A stretch of 64,000 bases of DNA from Cenarchaeum sp. GTDB taxonomy: Archaea; Thermoproteota; Nitrososphaeria; Nitrososphaerales; Nitrosopumilaceae. Positions within the stretch are counted from its first letter, which is position 1; the number at the start of each line of letters is the position of its first letter. Below the pieces are notes generated by a model. The model saw only the letters and a program-made list of their open reading frames with translations, was not told the origin of the DNA and searched no databases. Shown here piece after piece: positions 49,073 to 59,497 of the stretch. The DNA lies in the NCBI GenBank assembly GCA_963692915.1, contig OY843584.1, positions 1,152,001 through 1,216,000 of the forward strand, given 5' to 3'. The translations under genes were made by a program, and so were the position numbers.

Positions 49073-49143
49073 CAAGACATAAAATGAACGGCGGGAAGGC
49101 ATGATCGCAATATGCAGAACGCGTTGGTCTACTTGATCGCACA

Positions 49144-52100
49144 CTACCTGCCCGCATCTCGCGTGGTCGGCGTATAGACGACTGTCGGTGTGACCGACGT
49201 ACCGCCAAAGTCGCCGTGCATGAGGGCAAACCCCATGGCCCCCGAGAGGCGCAGTGCGCGCACAAACTCACCAGAGGCACCATCTGCGACCCCCACGGCT
49301 GCCTCACCGTTGACAAGCCACTCGGCGGCCACAATGTCCCCGCTCACCGGCTCGTCGATAGTCACCAAGGTGACAGTCGCCGATGCCGTGTGCGCCGATG
49401 TGACTGTCGGTGGGCTGGTGTCGATCTCTATTGCGCCAGAGGCGCCCTGCACCACAGTCACCATCGCGCCTGTCGAGCCGTCAATCGCAGTGACCTCAAA
49501 GGTGAACGGGCCGGAGGCCGCACCACCCACCACCCTGTGCACGTACGTCCAAGTCTGCCGATAGTCCTCTGGCGCGTCGACCATTGTGTGCGCAGCGCCG
49601 CCGAGGACGGAGATTGTCGGGTCTGCGCTGATGCTAGCCGGCTCGTTGAGCGTTGCCGTGATGACAATGTCGTGGCCTGGACCTGCTATGCGCGCGCCCT
49701 GGCCGCCCCGCTGCACCTTTGGCGTCTGCGTGCTGTCGTCATCGTCCTCCACCACAATGGCCGAGACGGCAACGGTGAGCGCAGTAGTCTCGGTGCCGGC
49801 CGGAATTGTTCCAGAGACTGCAGTCGACATGCGCGGCAGGTACGCCTGGCACACCGGCTCCACAGTGTCGCTGTGCAGGCATGTTCGCTCTGTCTCAAAG
49901 TTTGGCGTGCCGACCGGAACGTATCGCACAGTAGGAGTGGCGTCTGCTGGCTGAGCCGAGGTGGCCGGAAGTGTGAGGGACATGCTCATACCGTCATCAG
50001 AGAGGTCATGGGATGCAAACACTAGGTGACGCGCGACGTCACCGGTCGCATCTGGAAACGTCGATGGCGTCAGGTCTATTATCCAGCTCGACGGCGTGGA
50101 TTCGGCAAATCCCAGCAGCCGTTCTGTGAACGTGACTGTCATCGTTGTTGGTGACGTGAGCGCCGCTGTAAATGCCGGAACGGTGTTCGTGCCAAATCGA
50201 AACGGAATATTCACAAGCTGCGGGTTGTCAGCCGGTGTCAGGTCACCGGCAACATGCCTCTTTAGCGTCGTGGGGATGGTGACCGTGTGCGACGGAGCCG
50301 ATGGTCTTGTCGCATCGAGCTGGATTGAGATGTACGATCCATCAGCCTCGGCGGCGCTGACGGTTCCGTCAAACGCAGCTCCTATGGCGGCGTCGGACGG
50401 CAGCGCGCCGCGCTCAGGCATCACGCGCAGCGTCCCCCACGGACCGTCCGTGCGCGAGGCCGGATGCGGCGGGTCAGCAAGCGTCCGGCGATCAGGGGCG
50501 TTGCCTGGAAAGTAGACTAGCACGCGCGAGGCGTCCGGTGAGGCATCAGACGGGATGATGCGCAGTGACACGGACTCTTGCGAGCCGGCAAACGCAGAGC
50601 CGTCTGAGCCCATTATCGTCGGCGGCAGGCGGACAGAGTACGCGACATCGCCTCTGGCCTCGTACGTGCTGCCACGCTCATCGACGAGCGAGACGACTAG
50701 CGTGCGCGGGCCGTCAGGTGCGACCCTGTTGGCTATGGGAAGCGGCGGGATCGGCAGGCATTGGGGCGGGAGGCTGCCCTGTGCAGAGCACGCGGGATCC
50801 TCGGGCATGTCCGGCGGCGCCTCGCCCCGCACGACGTCAAGCGAGGAGGGCACCGAGGAGTGGTCGACATCGGCACCAAAGAGGACGCGAATCTCGCCAT
50901 ATGCGGCAAACTCGGCACTCACCACACGGGGCGGGCCGGCCACCGGCACGGTCACCGGCGAGGCCAGCGCGTTTGCGGGCTGCGCGGTGTCCACTATGGA
51001 GAGCCGTCGTATCGTGTCAGCCGGCGCGTACCTTATCGACACCCCCTCGCCGAGCGTCGCGTGATCGGTGGCAGTCGCACCTAGCGTGACTGTGCGTCGC
51101 GCAAGGTCCACCATAACTGATGATGGCACGATTCCCCCGGGGCTCGACTCGGAGACGAGGCGCCAGTCATCTGCAATGGGGGCAGACTTGCCTTGCGCGA
51201 GCATGACGGCCTCGCTGAACGTGACTATATAGGATGGCGCAGACTCGTCAAACGGGTCAGCACGGTGCGCCGTAAACTCTGGGAGCGCACCGTCTGTGGC
51301 CAGTGTGTCAAAGACACGAAGTGGCAGGTGGCCTGTTCTCGACAGGCTGTCAGAGACATCAGAGTATATCACGCGCGGCTTCTGGCCGGTCGAGTCTAGC
51401 GCACTGTGTGTTATGGTCATCGTTGTGACCGGCGAGCCCTGTGGTATCGTGTGCGCAGAGCTCGCAGTGACCATCGACGTCCCGACATGTATGGCATCAA
51501 TTGCGCCATCGACAATGTTGTCATCGTCGTGATCCATGGACCAGTCACCAATCTCGATCGTTCCGGACACTGCAGGAGTGAACGTGACGACTGTCATAGT
51601 CGCCGTCGCCGTCCGTGCGCTGAACGGGACAGTGTACGTGGCCTGGCGCGTGAGCGCCTCGCCTAACGTGTTGGGAGTTGGGGACGCCGCGTCGCGCACG
51701 CCAGTCGAGAACGTCAGCATTGGCGAGCCCTCCCTGCGCTGCGGCACGACGTACGCCACAAGCTCGCGACCCTCGGACTCTACGCCGGTGATCATGTACG
51801 GCGCCGAGATGGCGACCCAGTCCAGTGACGCGCTGCCCAGCGGCTCGCTGAACGTGGCGGTGACCTGGAGGCCATACGCGTCAAACCCGTGGGACACCAG
51901 GGTAGGCGGCGCGCCATCACGGGCCATCACGGGCAGCGCGCCAGTCGAGCCCACGCGCAGCGTGCTGTCCTGCCCGCCGCTCAGGCCACCAGAGGCAGGA
52001 GCGGTGTACGACACCTCTGGCGTCGAGGCAGTCGAGCCAAGCTCGCCATGGAATATCGTGAGCGTCGAGCGTGGTGACTGGCCGGGGATGGCAAGGGATT

Positions 52101-53028
52101 CAGAGCCGACCGTGCCGACTCCCGTGACGTCAATGTCTGGCGCCGACGAGCCACGCTCGCCAATGCCCCATTCGCCAAGCGCGGTGGTTCCCGAGACCGG
52201 CCTGTCAAACGTGATGACAGTAGACGTCCTCGTCGACGTCTCTGCCGTAAAGGCGATCGACGCGGCGTATGACGCCGAGACCGTCTGCGCGGCCGGCGCG
52301 TTGCCGGCTCTGTCCCTGATCTTGGATGGCAGCCTTATCGTGTGCTCTACGCCCTGGGTCGCATCAGAGGCTAGCGTGAGCGTGATCCTTGACTGACCCA
52401 GCTGGACGACGTGCGGAGCCGAGCCGTCAAGCTCCACGTCAACTGTGCCCACAGTGACGCCGTACTCGTAGCGATAGACGCGCTGGGAGAACTGCAGGGC
52501 CTCATCAAAGGCGAGCACGATCGTGTCAGCCGCCGTGAACTGTGCAGTTGCAGTGGGTCGCGTGACGTCGATGGTCGGCAGGAGAAGGCCGACGTTCTCT
52601 GGAAGGTTCTGCGCAGGCGTGATGGTCATACCCTGCTCGCCGGGCAGCGTTATCGTGAACGTGAACGCCGAGCCTGCAGTTGGCATCAGACTCCCGGCGA
52701 CGACATAATCATGATACCATGTCGAGTCGTTGCCATCACGATCGTACATCGTCGCATCCGTGACGCCGGTGATCTTGCCTCCGGCGATCGTTATCGTCGG
52801 TGGCGAGTCGATTCCCGCATCAAGCCTCAGGTATGTGCGGATCGTGTCGCCAATGCCGGCGTATGACTTGTAGGGGCCGATCTTTTCGAGGCCCACTCGC
52901 GGCGGAACTGGATCAAGAACCGAGAACGTCAGCGATATCGCACTCGGCTCGGCGTGCGCACCACCATGCGCAAGGGTGGCGAGGAGCGCGGCGGCCATGA
53001 CACACACAACTGTAATGCTGCCATTCAT
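49144..53028 (-). CDS. Large secreted repetitive surface protein (Ig/SbsA-like repeats), possibly C-terminally truncated
   Basis: Signal peptide AHA-E; repeats FxAxTxTxTxxVTFxxPVSG..(E/D)W and TPxVxY. Confidence 0.78.
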   Translation of the reverse strand: MNGSITVVCVMAAALLATLAHGGAHAEPSAISLTFSVLDPVPPRVGLEKIGPYKSYAGIGDTIRTYLRLDAGIDSPPTITIAGGKITGVTDATMYDRDGNDSTWYHDYVVAGSLMPTAGSAFTFTITLPGEQGMTITPAQNLPENVGLLLPTIDVTRPTATAQFTAADTIVLAFDEALQFSQRVYRYEYGVTVGTVDVELDGSAPHVVQLGQSRITLTLASDATQGVEHTIRLPSKIRDRAGNAPAAQTVSASYAASIAFTAETSTRTSTVITFDRPVSGTTALGEWGIGERGSSAPDIDVTGVGTVGSESLAIPGQSPRSTLTIFHGELGSTASTPEVSYTAPASGGLSGGQDSTLRVGSTGALPVMARDGAPPTLVSHGFDAYGLQVTATFSEPLGSASLDWVAISAPYMITGVESEGRELVAYVVPQRREGSPMLTFSTGVRDAASPTPNTLGEALTRQATYTVPFSARTATATMTVVTFTPAVSGTIEIGDWSMDHDDDNIVDGAIDAIHVGTSMVTASSAHTIPQGSPVTTMTITHSALDSTGQKPRVIYSDVSDSLSRTGHLPLRVFDTLATDGALPEFTAHRADPFDESAPSYIVTFSEAVMLAQGKSAPIADDWRLVSESSPGGIVPSSVMVDLARRTVTLGATATDHATLGEGVSIRYAPADTIRRLSIVDTAQPANALASPVTVPVAGPPRVVSAEFAAYGEIRVLFGADVDHSSVPSSLDVVRGEAPPDMPEDPACSAQGSLPPQCLPIPPLPIANRVAPDGPRTLVVSLVDERGSTYEARGDVAYSVRLPPTIMGSDGSAFAGSQESVSLRIIPSDASPDASRVLVYFPGNAPDRRTLADPPHPASRTDGPWGTLRVMPERGALPSDAAIGAAFDGTVSAAEADGSYISIQLDATRPSAPSHTVTIPTTLKRHVAGDLTPADNPQLVNIPFRFGTNTVPAFTAALTSPTTMTVTFTERLLGFAESTPSSWIIDLTPSTFPDATGDVARHLVFASHDLSDDGMSMSLTLPATSAQPADATPTVRYVPVGTPNFETERTCLHSDTVEPVCQAYLPRMSTAVSGTIPAGTETTALTVAVSAIVVEDDDDSTQTPKVQRGGQGARIAGPGHDIVITATLNEPASISADPTISVLGGAAHTMVDAPEDYRQTWTYVHRVVGGAASGPFTFEVTAIDGSTGAMVTVVQGASGAIEIDTSPPTVTSAHTASATVTLVTIDEPVSGDIVAAEWLVNGEAAVGVADGASGEFVRALRLSGAMGFALMHGDFGGTSVTPTVVYTPTTRDAGR

Positions 53029-53092
53029 CGTGACGCAAGAGTCCTTTTGCGCTTTTTAGTGTAATTGCGCCGTGCGCACGTCGACGTCACGG

Positions 53093-55840
53093 CTATTTCC
53101 CGCTGTCGGCCCATCGCCCCAGTGCGCCTCGCCGCTGCCCAATTGCGCGAACCGCAAGGAGCGGCGTGGCGACGGCGATGACGGCGATGAGCGGGGCGGC
53201 GAGCTCGGCATAGGACACCTCGGTCGGCGGCGGCAGAGGCGCATCGCGCAGGAGAGTCGATGCGGGCGCAGATATCTCGACGACTCCTATGCGTGCGGCC
53301 CCCGGCGCGGCATACCAGATGTTTCCCTCCGAGTCGACTGCGGTGAACTGGGCCTGCGCGTTTGGCGTCGGGAGCGCGATGCTGACGAGCTCACCAGAGG
53401 CGTCGTTGTGGAGCCCAAGCGCATCGACTGTGTGCTGCGCAAACCACGCGTTGCGGTGCCTGTCAAAGGAGACCGAGTTGGGCAGCGCGCCTGCGTCAGG
53501 GGCCATGACACGCGTAAATGTTCCAAGGAGCGGATCGAGGCGCGCAACGCCCCCTCCCTCGGCGTGCTCAGAGACCCACAGCCCGCCGCGCGGCCCGAAC
53601 GTGAGCGTCTCGGCGGTCCGCAGCGGCGGGTCGGGGGAAAACTCGGCGATCTCGCCGCTTGCCATGTCAATGCGGCCGACCTTGCCTCCGGTCAGCTCGG
53701 CAAACCACATCCCGCCGTGCGGTCCCTCGGCGAGGCCAAACGGCCGTGACTCGGGCGTCGGCGAAGTATGCGCGACGAACTCGCGCGTTGCCGGATCGTG
53801 CTCGAGGACTGTATTCCAGTTGGGCACGCTCACCCAGACAGTGCCGTCGCGCGCAGCATGTATCCACGTCGGCGTGGCTCGCAAGCCGTCAGACCCGAGG
53901 CCGTCGGGGATCTCTGTTGTGCTTATCGCGCGCGTCTGCGCGTCGATCGACCCAATGAGGGCCGACCGGCTGTCGGCAAACCAGACCGTCCGGTCATCGC
54001 CCACGCTAACGATCAGCGATCCGGTTCCCTCAAACTCGTGCGCGGCAAACTCGCCGGTCTGGCGATCCAGGCTCCAGACGCGCGGCATCGACGGGTCGCT
54101 GATCCAGATCGTCTGGCCACCGTGTGCGATATGGAGCGGAACTGCGCCCTCTGGCATGACATGCTCGGTGATCTTTATGCCGAGCTCGGAGGCCAGGGGT
54201 CGCGCAAAGGTGCTGATGCGAACCGACTCGTTTGCCGCACCAGACCTGATCGCCTCGACGTCAATGTCCCACGCGCCCCAGAACCCAAGGGTGAGCTCGC
54301 CGGTGTACACGCCGCCGTCGGCCTCGACCTTGACCTCGATGGGCGCGATCGCGCGCTGTGGGCTAGAGACCTTTACGCGAACCTCCTCGAGGTCATCGAG
54401 CGGCTCGCCGTCGGTGCCCGTGACGCCCACGCTGATCGTGTTGGGGCCGGCGGCGAGCGGCCAGAGCGAGACGCCAAAGGCCGCGCGCGCCGAGAACTCG
54501 GTCACATCGAGGCCAACGGGCGCCGGCGGGGCATAGTCTGTGGCTTCGCCTCCCGGAAGTGTCGTGTTGGTGAGGAGCGCCACGGCGGCCAGGAGGGCCA
54601 CGCCGAGAGTCGCCTCTAGGCGCAGGGAGCGCGTGAGGCGCATGACGGCGCGCCGGGCCCCGCGCGCGATAACTGACGAGTTGTATGCGCCGATTGCCAC
54701 CATGGTCGCGGCGATGGCGATCTTTGCGGCAAGGATCGCCCCGTATGTGGAGCCCGCGATGGCCATGACGCTGTCCTCAAGGAGCCACATCAATAGCGGT
54801 CCGGTTATGGCCGCCACGCCGACGCACGTGACAAATATTGCCGAGAGCGTCGGTATGGCCACCAGTGCGGCCTCGTCGGCCCGCTCGCCGAGGCGCCTGA
54901 GGGCAGGCATGACGGCGAGAAGGAGGTATGCGACGCCGCCAATCCAGACACCGGCGATCACATTGTGCGCATAGTCTAGCATGGCGGCGCCTTCACTGCT
55001 CGCCGAGCCGTGGCCGACCATAGTCATCGTGGCCGCAAGGGCCATGCCGAGTGCCGCAAAGGCCGCAACCCACGGCCTGCTCGGCCCCCCGCGCCGCTCG
55101 GCGACAAACCATGCGCCAAGCAGCGCCACAGTTATCACCGTCCTTGCTGCGATCGTACCGCCAAACGTCGTGCCCAGCGCGTCGATGACAGAGGCCTCGA
55201 GGCGAAACGACTGCGCGGCGAGCATGAAAACGTTGGAGGCCAGGACCATGATCGCACCGGCGCCGACTAGCGCCATAAAGCGCGAGCGATGAACCGACTC
55301 GGCCTCGCGCGCAAGGCCCAGCGCACGCCATGTCGAGGCGGTGATGAGCATCGCGACGGCAGCCCCGATAATGACGCTCTGCCCGATGAGTCCGGGCAGG
55401 CGCGCTGCGGCCTCTGGAACAAAGACCTGCGCGGCGGGCGCGACGGACTCGGCAGCGGCCGCGTCGATCGTGGCGCCGCCGACTGCAAAGATGAACGCGC
55501 CGCCAACGAGGTGCCCGTCAATTCGCGACAGGACACTGCTAGCAACGGTGTAAACACCGTCATCTAGCGGCGACGTCGTGACCCTCAGGGACACGTCGCC
55601 CTCGTGGTACGCCGTGTCCCCATTGTCAACCCTGCTGCCTGTCGAGTCGTACACCTTGAGCGAGCTAAAGTCGAGCTCGACTCCCTCAGAGTACCACACC
55701 GTCACGTGATCGGTGCCCAGCGGGGCACTAGAGAGGCGCTGCGGCATCGTCTCCTCGATGAACGGGTGTGCCCATGCCGACGGGGACATGAGGGTGAGGA
55801 TGGCGAGTGCGGCCAGCGCAATGACTGCCCTGTGAACCAT
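53093..55840 (-). CDS. CopC-CopD copper uptake protein fused to an Ig-like domain and a Vgb-like beta-propeller
   Basis: AWA-HP mature N-terminus, SRIDGH, CopD TMs (GH, HNVIAGVWIGG), propeller repeats (GGMWFAE, GNIWY), C-terminal TM. Confidence 0.85.
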   Translation of the reverse strand: MVHRAVIALAALAILTLMSPSAWAHPFIEETMPQRLSSAPLGTDHVTVWYSEGVELDFSSLKVYDSTGSRVDNGDTAYHEGDVSLRVTTSPLDDGVYTVASSVLSRIDGHLVGGAFIFAVGGATIDAAAAESVAPAAQVFVPEAAARLPGLIGQSVIIGAAVAMLITASTWRALGLAREAESVHRSRFMALVGAGAIMVLASNVFMLAAQSFRLEASVIDALGTTFGGTIAARTVITVALLGAWFVAERRGGPSRPWVAAFAALGMALAATMTMVGHGSASSEGAAMLDYAHNVIAGVWIGGVAYLLLAVMPALRRLGERADEAALVAIPTLSAIFVTCVGVAAITGPLLMWLLEDSVMAIAGSTYGAILAAKIAIAATMVAIGAYNSSVIARGARRAVMRLTRSLRLEATLGVALLAAVALLTNTTLPGGEATDYAPPAPVGLDVTEFSARAAFGVSLWPLAAGPNTISVGVTGTDGEPLDDLEEVRVKVSSPQRAIAPIEVKVEADGGVYTGELTLGFWGAWDIDVEAIRSGAANESVRISTFARPLASELGIKITEHVMPEGAVPLHIAHGGQTIWISDPSMPRVWSLDRQTGEFAAHEFEGTGSLIVSVGDDRTVWFADSRSALIGSIDAQTRAISTTEIPDGLGSDGLRATPTWIHAARDGTVWVSVPNWNTVLEHDPATREFVAHTSPTPESRPFGLAEGPHGGMWFAELTGGKVGRIDMASGEIAEFSPDPPLRTAETLTFGPRGGLWVSEHAEGGGVARLDPLLGTFTRVMAPDAGALPNSVSFDRHRNAWFAQHTVDALGLHNDASGELVSIALPTPNAQAQFTAVDSEGNIWYAAPGAARIGVVEISAPASTLLRDAPLPPPTEVSYAELAAPLIAVIAVATPLLAVRAIGQRRGALGRWADSGK

Positions 55841-55891
55841 GCGTCGGCACGCGAGATCAGGCAATTTAAAGAGTGGGCCGCGCGGTGCGCC

Positions 55892-56575
55892 TCACAGGCC
55901 AAATTCTGACTTTATGTTGCGATACAGCAGGCGCATGTTCTCGTTGACTGCATGAATCCTTGTCGCAGACTCGGCGCCGATGGCCTCGGCGTCGGCCCTT
56001 GATATTCCCCCCCTTGCGCGCGATGCGGCATCAAGCCAAGAGCGAACCATGCCGGGTCCGACCTCTAGGTGAAACTGGACGCCAAGCGCGCGGCCGATGC
56101 AGAACGCCTGGTTCTCGTATGACGCCGAGTGCGCGAGGCGTGTCGCGCCATCGGGCAGGTCAAACGTGTCATTGTGCCAGTGGAACGCCGCAAAGGGGCT
56201 CTTGAATCCGGCCATGATGCCGTCTTGCGTGTCTGGCACCAGGTCGCCATAGAATCCAATCTCGGGTTTTGGGCCGCGCCAGACGCGCGCGCCGAGCGCA
56301 CGGGCCAGGAGCTGTGAGCCAAAGCATATCCCGATGACCGGAGTGTCGCGATCGACGCACGAGCGCATGAGCGACTCCTCCTCGCGCAGGTACGCCAGGT
56401 CGTCGTTTGCGCCCTCGGGGGCGCCGAGTGCCACGAGGAGCTCAAAGCCCTCGTGCGGGATGCTGCCGAGGCGCGCATCGACTGTGTGGAGCTCAAAGCC
56501 GTCATCCTCAAGGAGGCTGCCGAGGAGTCCGGGACCCTCAAGCGGCGAGTTTTGGAGTACGAGTGCCCGTGTCAT
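55892..56575 (-). CDS. Class I glutamine amidotransferase-like protein
   Basis: GICFGSQLLA, HWHNDTF and QFHLE triad. Confidence 0.9.
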   Translation of the reverse strand: MTRALVLQNSPLEGPGLLGSLLEDDGFELHTVDARLGSIPHEGFELLVALGAPEGANDDLAYLREEESLMRSCVDRDTPVIGICFGSQLLARALGARVWRGPKPEIGFYGDLVPDTQDGIMAGFKSPFAAFHWHNDTFDLPDGATRLAHSASYENQAFCIGRALGVQFHLEVGPGMVRSWLDAASRARGGISRADAEAIGAESATRIHAVNENMRLLYRNIKSEFGL

Positions 56576-56587
56576 CGCGGCGAGACC

Positions 56588-57862
56588 CTAGGGCCATATG
56601 CCGCGGTGCTCAAAGGCCTCGACGACCCTGCCCACGGCGAGAACCATGGCGGCCTTGCGCATGTCAATCTTGTGCTTTTTGGAGAGCGCGTGAGTGTCGT
56701 TGAATCCGCGCACAATGTGCTCCTCCATCTTTTTTGCGACCTCGTCAAAGGTCCAATAGTAGCCCATGTTGTTCTGGACCCACTCCATGTACGATATGCA
56801 CACGCCGCCCGAGTTTGCGAGTATGTCCGGCACGACCATTATCTTTTTGGAGTGTATGACGGGATCCGCCTCGGGCAGCGTCGGGCCGTTGGCCGCCTCG
56901 CCTATTATCTTGCAGCGCAGGCGTGATGCGAGCTTTGCGTCGATCTGGTTCTCTAGTGCTGCAGGTATGAGAATGTCGCACTTTAGCGTAAGGAGATCTT
57001 CTGTCGATATCTTTTTGCTGCCCGGAAATCCGACGACTGTTCCTTTCTTTGCCTTCCAGTCCTCGATCTTTGCCATCTTTGCGCCGCGCGGGATTGATAT
57101 CGAGCCGCGAGAGTCGCTTGCGCCAATGACAGTCGCGCCCTGCTTTTCAAGATACTCGCCGGCAAACGTTGCGGCGTTTCCAAATCCCTGCAGGACGACA
57201 GTCGCGCCGCGCATTTTTACCTTGAGAACCTTTGCGGCCTCACGCACACAGTATGCCGTGCCAAGACCCGTGGCGACGTTGCGCGCAAGGGAGCCGCCCA
57301 TCGGGATCGGCTTGCCCGTTATGACCCCAGGCAGCCGGCGGTTGCCGTTCATCTTTGAGAACGTGTCCATTATCTGCGTCATCTCGCGGCCAGTCGTGTA
57401 CACGTCAGGTGCGGGGATGTCCTTTTCCGGGCCGATGACCTCGGATATCGCGTAGGCGAACCCGCGCGTCAGGCGTTCCATCTCGCCGGCGCTGAGCTTT
57501 TCCTTTTTCGGGTTTACGAATATTGCGCCCTTGCCGCCGCCGAGCGGGACGTCAACGACTGCGCACTTCCACGTCATCCACGACGAGAGTGCCATGACCT
57601 CGCGCTCCATGTACTCCGCGCCGCCGGCCGGATCAAAGTACCTGATGCCGCCCTTGTACGGACCCCTGTCGTTGTTGTGCTGCGAGCGAAATCCGACAAA
57701 GACGCGAATCTTGCCGTTGTCCATGCGAACCGGTATCTTTACGCGCACCAGTCGGTTTGGCATCGCAAGGTATTCGCGAAGGCCCTTGTCATTTATCCCA
57801 AGGATGTCGCACGCGTCATTGACCTGTTTGGTCGCGTTCTCAAAGGGGTCAGCACCGGCCAT
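56588..57862 (-). CDS. gdhA: Glutamate dehydrogenase
   Basis: GPYKGGIRY, MTWKC, GGGKG, DIPAPDV, QGFGN, EAANGP and PDILANSGG; real start at 57862. Confidence 0.96.
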   Translation of the reverse strand: MAGADPFENATKQVNDACDILGINDKGLREYLAMPNRLVRVKIPVRMDNGKIRVFVGFRSQHNNDRGPYKGGIRYFDPAGGAEYMEREVMALSSWMTWKCAVVDVPLGGGKGAIFVNPKKEKLSAGEMERLTRGFAYAISEVIGPEKDIPAPDVYTTGREMTQIMDTFSKMNGNRRLPGVITGKPIPMGGSLARNVATGLGTAYCVREAAKVLKVKMRGATVVLQGFGNAATFAGEYLEKQGATVIGASDSRGSISIPRGAKMAKIEDWKAKKGTVVGFPGSKKISTEDLLTLKCDILIPAALENQIDAKLASRLRCKIIGEAANGPTLPEADPVIHSKKIMVVPDILANSGGVCISYMEWVQNNMGYYWTFDEVAKKMEEHIVRGFNDTHALSKKHKIDMRKAAMVLAVGRVVEAFEHRGIWP

Positions 57863-58048
57863 GCCCACAGGCACGCCATAGGGGTCGCGCATATTTAAGT
57901 CTGACATGGATGCTGTGGCATTGCCCTGTGCGAAAAGTAGTGGACTGGGCAGGAATGCTCGTCGGGCGCAGATCCGTGCAGCTTGCGTGTCGCGCCCACG
58001 CCTGCGGCGCTTAGGCTTAAATTGACAAGATTTGGCCATTGCCCCATT

Positions 58049-58768
58049 ATGATGGGATCGCGGGGATATGACATGACCCCCACAATGTACTCGCCAGACG
58101 GCCGCATATACCAGGTCGAGTATGCGATCGAGACCGTAAAGCGCGGCACGCTCGCCGTAGGCATAAAGTGCGATGCGGGCATCGTCATGGCAGTCGAGGA
58201 GAAGCCGCGAGCGCTGCAGGCAAACGACATCACCCAAAAGATATTCAGGGTCGACGGGCACATCGGCGTTGCTGCGGCCGGATACATTCCCGACGCGCGC
58301 GTCCAGGTCGACAACGCAAGGATGTTCTCGCAGGGCAATCGCCTGACATATGACGAGTCCGTCGAGGTCGAGACGGTCGCAAAGCACCTCGCCGACCAGT
58401 GCCACCAGTTTACGCAGTATTCGGGGGTGCGGCCCTACGGCGTTGCGCTCATCGTCGCCGGCGTGGACCAAAAGGGCCAGTCGATATACGTGACTGACCC
58501 GAGCGGGACGTATGTCCAGTACGCCGCAGTCGCCATAGGGGCCGGTGCCGAGGAGGTCAATGACTTTTTGGAAAAGCACTATTCGCCGTCGATGAGCATG
58601 GAGGACGCCTCTGCACTCGCAGTCGCCGCAATCAACCTAAAGTCCGAGACGCCAGACGGGACTGACCACATAAAGATGGCCCGCATCGTCAACGGCGGCG
58701 AGCTTGCCAGGGTCGAGAACGGCGAGCTCGGCAGTCACGCCGAGGCATCCAGACGCTTTGGGCGCTAG
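58049..58768 (+). CDS. psmA: Proteasome subunit alpha
   Basis: YDMTPTMYSPDGRIYQVEYA, RPYGVALIVAG and TDPSG motifs. Confidence 0.97.
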   Translation: MMGSRGYDMTPTMYSPDGRIYQVEYAIETVKRGTLAVGIKCDAGIVMAVEEKPRALQANDITQKIFRVDGHIGVAAAGYIPDARVQVDNARMFSQGNRLTYDESVEVETVAKHLADQCHQFTQYSGVRPYGVALIVAGVDQKGQSIYVTDPSGTYVQYAAVAIGAGAEEVNDFLEKHYSPSMSMEDASALAVAAINLKSETPDGTDHIKMARIVNGGELARVENGELGSHAEASRRFGR

Positions 58769-58807
58769 GGCACAGGTTCAAATTATGCGCCGCGCATGGG
58801 CGGCTCG

Positions 58808-59497
58808 ATGGGACTCGGTGGGGAATGGAACGGCGTAATCGACGCGCTGCGCGAGATCATACCGGTATATGACAGGGTGAATCGCGCAATATCGCTGGGA
58901 ACCGCCGAGCCCAACAGGAAGCGCGGCCTGGCCGGTCGCATCAACGCCGGCGACTCTGTGCTAGATGCGGGCTCGGGCTTTGGCAACATGTCGCGCGTCG
59001 CACTAGAGGAGTGCGGTGGCAAGATGACGCTCACTCTCCATGACGCGCTAGTTCCCATGCTTCGCGCCGCCGGTGGGCGCCTCGGCGAACCGGTTGGGCG
59101 CTCGTGCGGCGTCTTTGAGGCTATGCCCTATCGTGACGCACAGTTTGACGTTGTCATGTGCGGCTATTCACTGCGCGATGCGATAAGCCTAAGGACTGCA
59201 ATATCCGAGATTCACCGCGTCCTGCGCAAGGGCGGGCGCCTCGTCATCGTCGACCTCGGCAAGCCCGACTCGGCGATCCTGCGCGCCGGCGTCGGCGCGT
59301 ACCTGAGGGCGATTCTGCCAGTCGTTGCGTTCTGCGCCGGTGGGCGCCTCGGCCTGCGCTTTGGCGCGCTATATGGGACGTACACGAGGTGGCCGCGCAA
59401 CTCGGAGCTGCGCAGGCTCCTCCTCGAGCACTTTGGGCGCGTCGAGTTTGAGACGGGTCTCATGGGAGGCGCGATCATGGTCGCAGCGCACAAATGA
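58808..59497 (+). CDS. UbiE/MenG-family SAM methyltransferase
   Basis: YDRVNRAISLG, LDAGSGFG and EIHRVLRKGG motifs. Confidence 0.85.
   Translation: MGLGGEWNGVIDALREIIPVYDRVNRAISLGTAEPNRKRGLAGRINAGDSVLDAGSGFGNMSRVALEECGGKMTLTLHDALVPMLRAAGGRLGEPVGRSCGVFEAMPYRDAQFDVVMCGYSLRDAISLRTAISEIHRVLRKGGRLVIVDLGKPDSAILRAGVGAYLRAILPVVAFCAGGRLGLRFGALYGTYTRWPRNSELRRLLLEHFGRVEFETGLMGGAIMVAAHK

Noticed and set aside
57863-58579. Apparent 240-aa N-terminal extension of GdhA (ORF 56588..58579)
   Set aside because: Antisense read-through of psmA; GDH homology and a TATA box place the start at 57862
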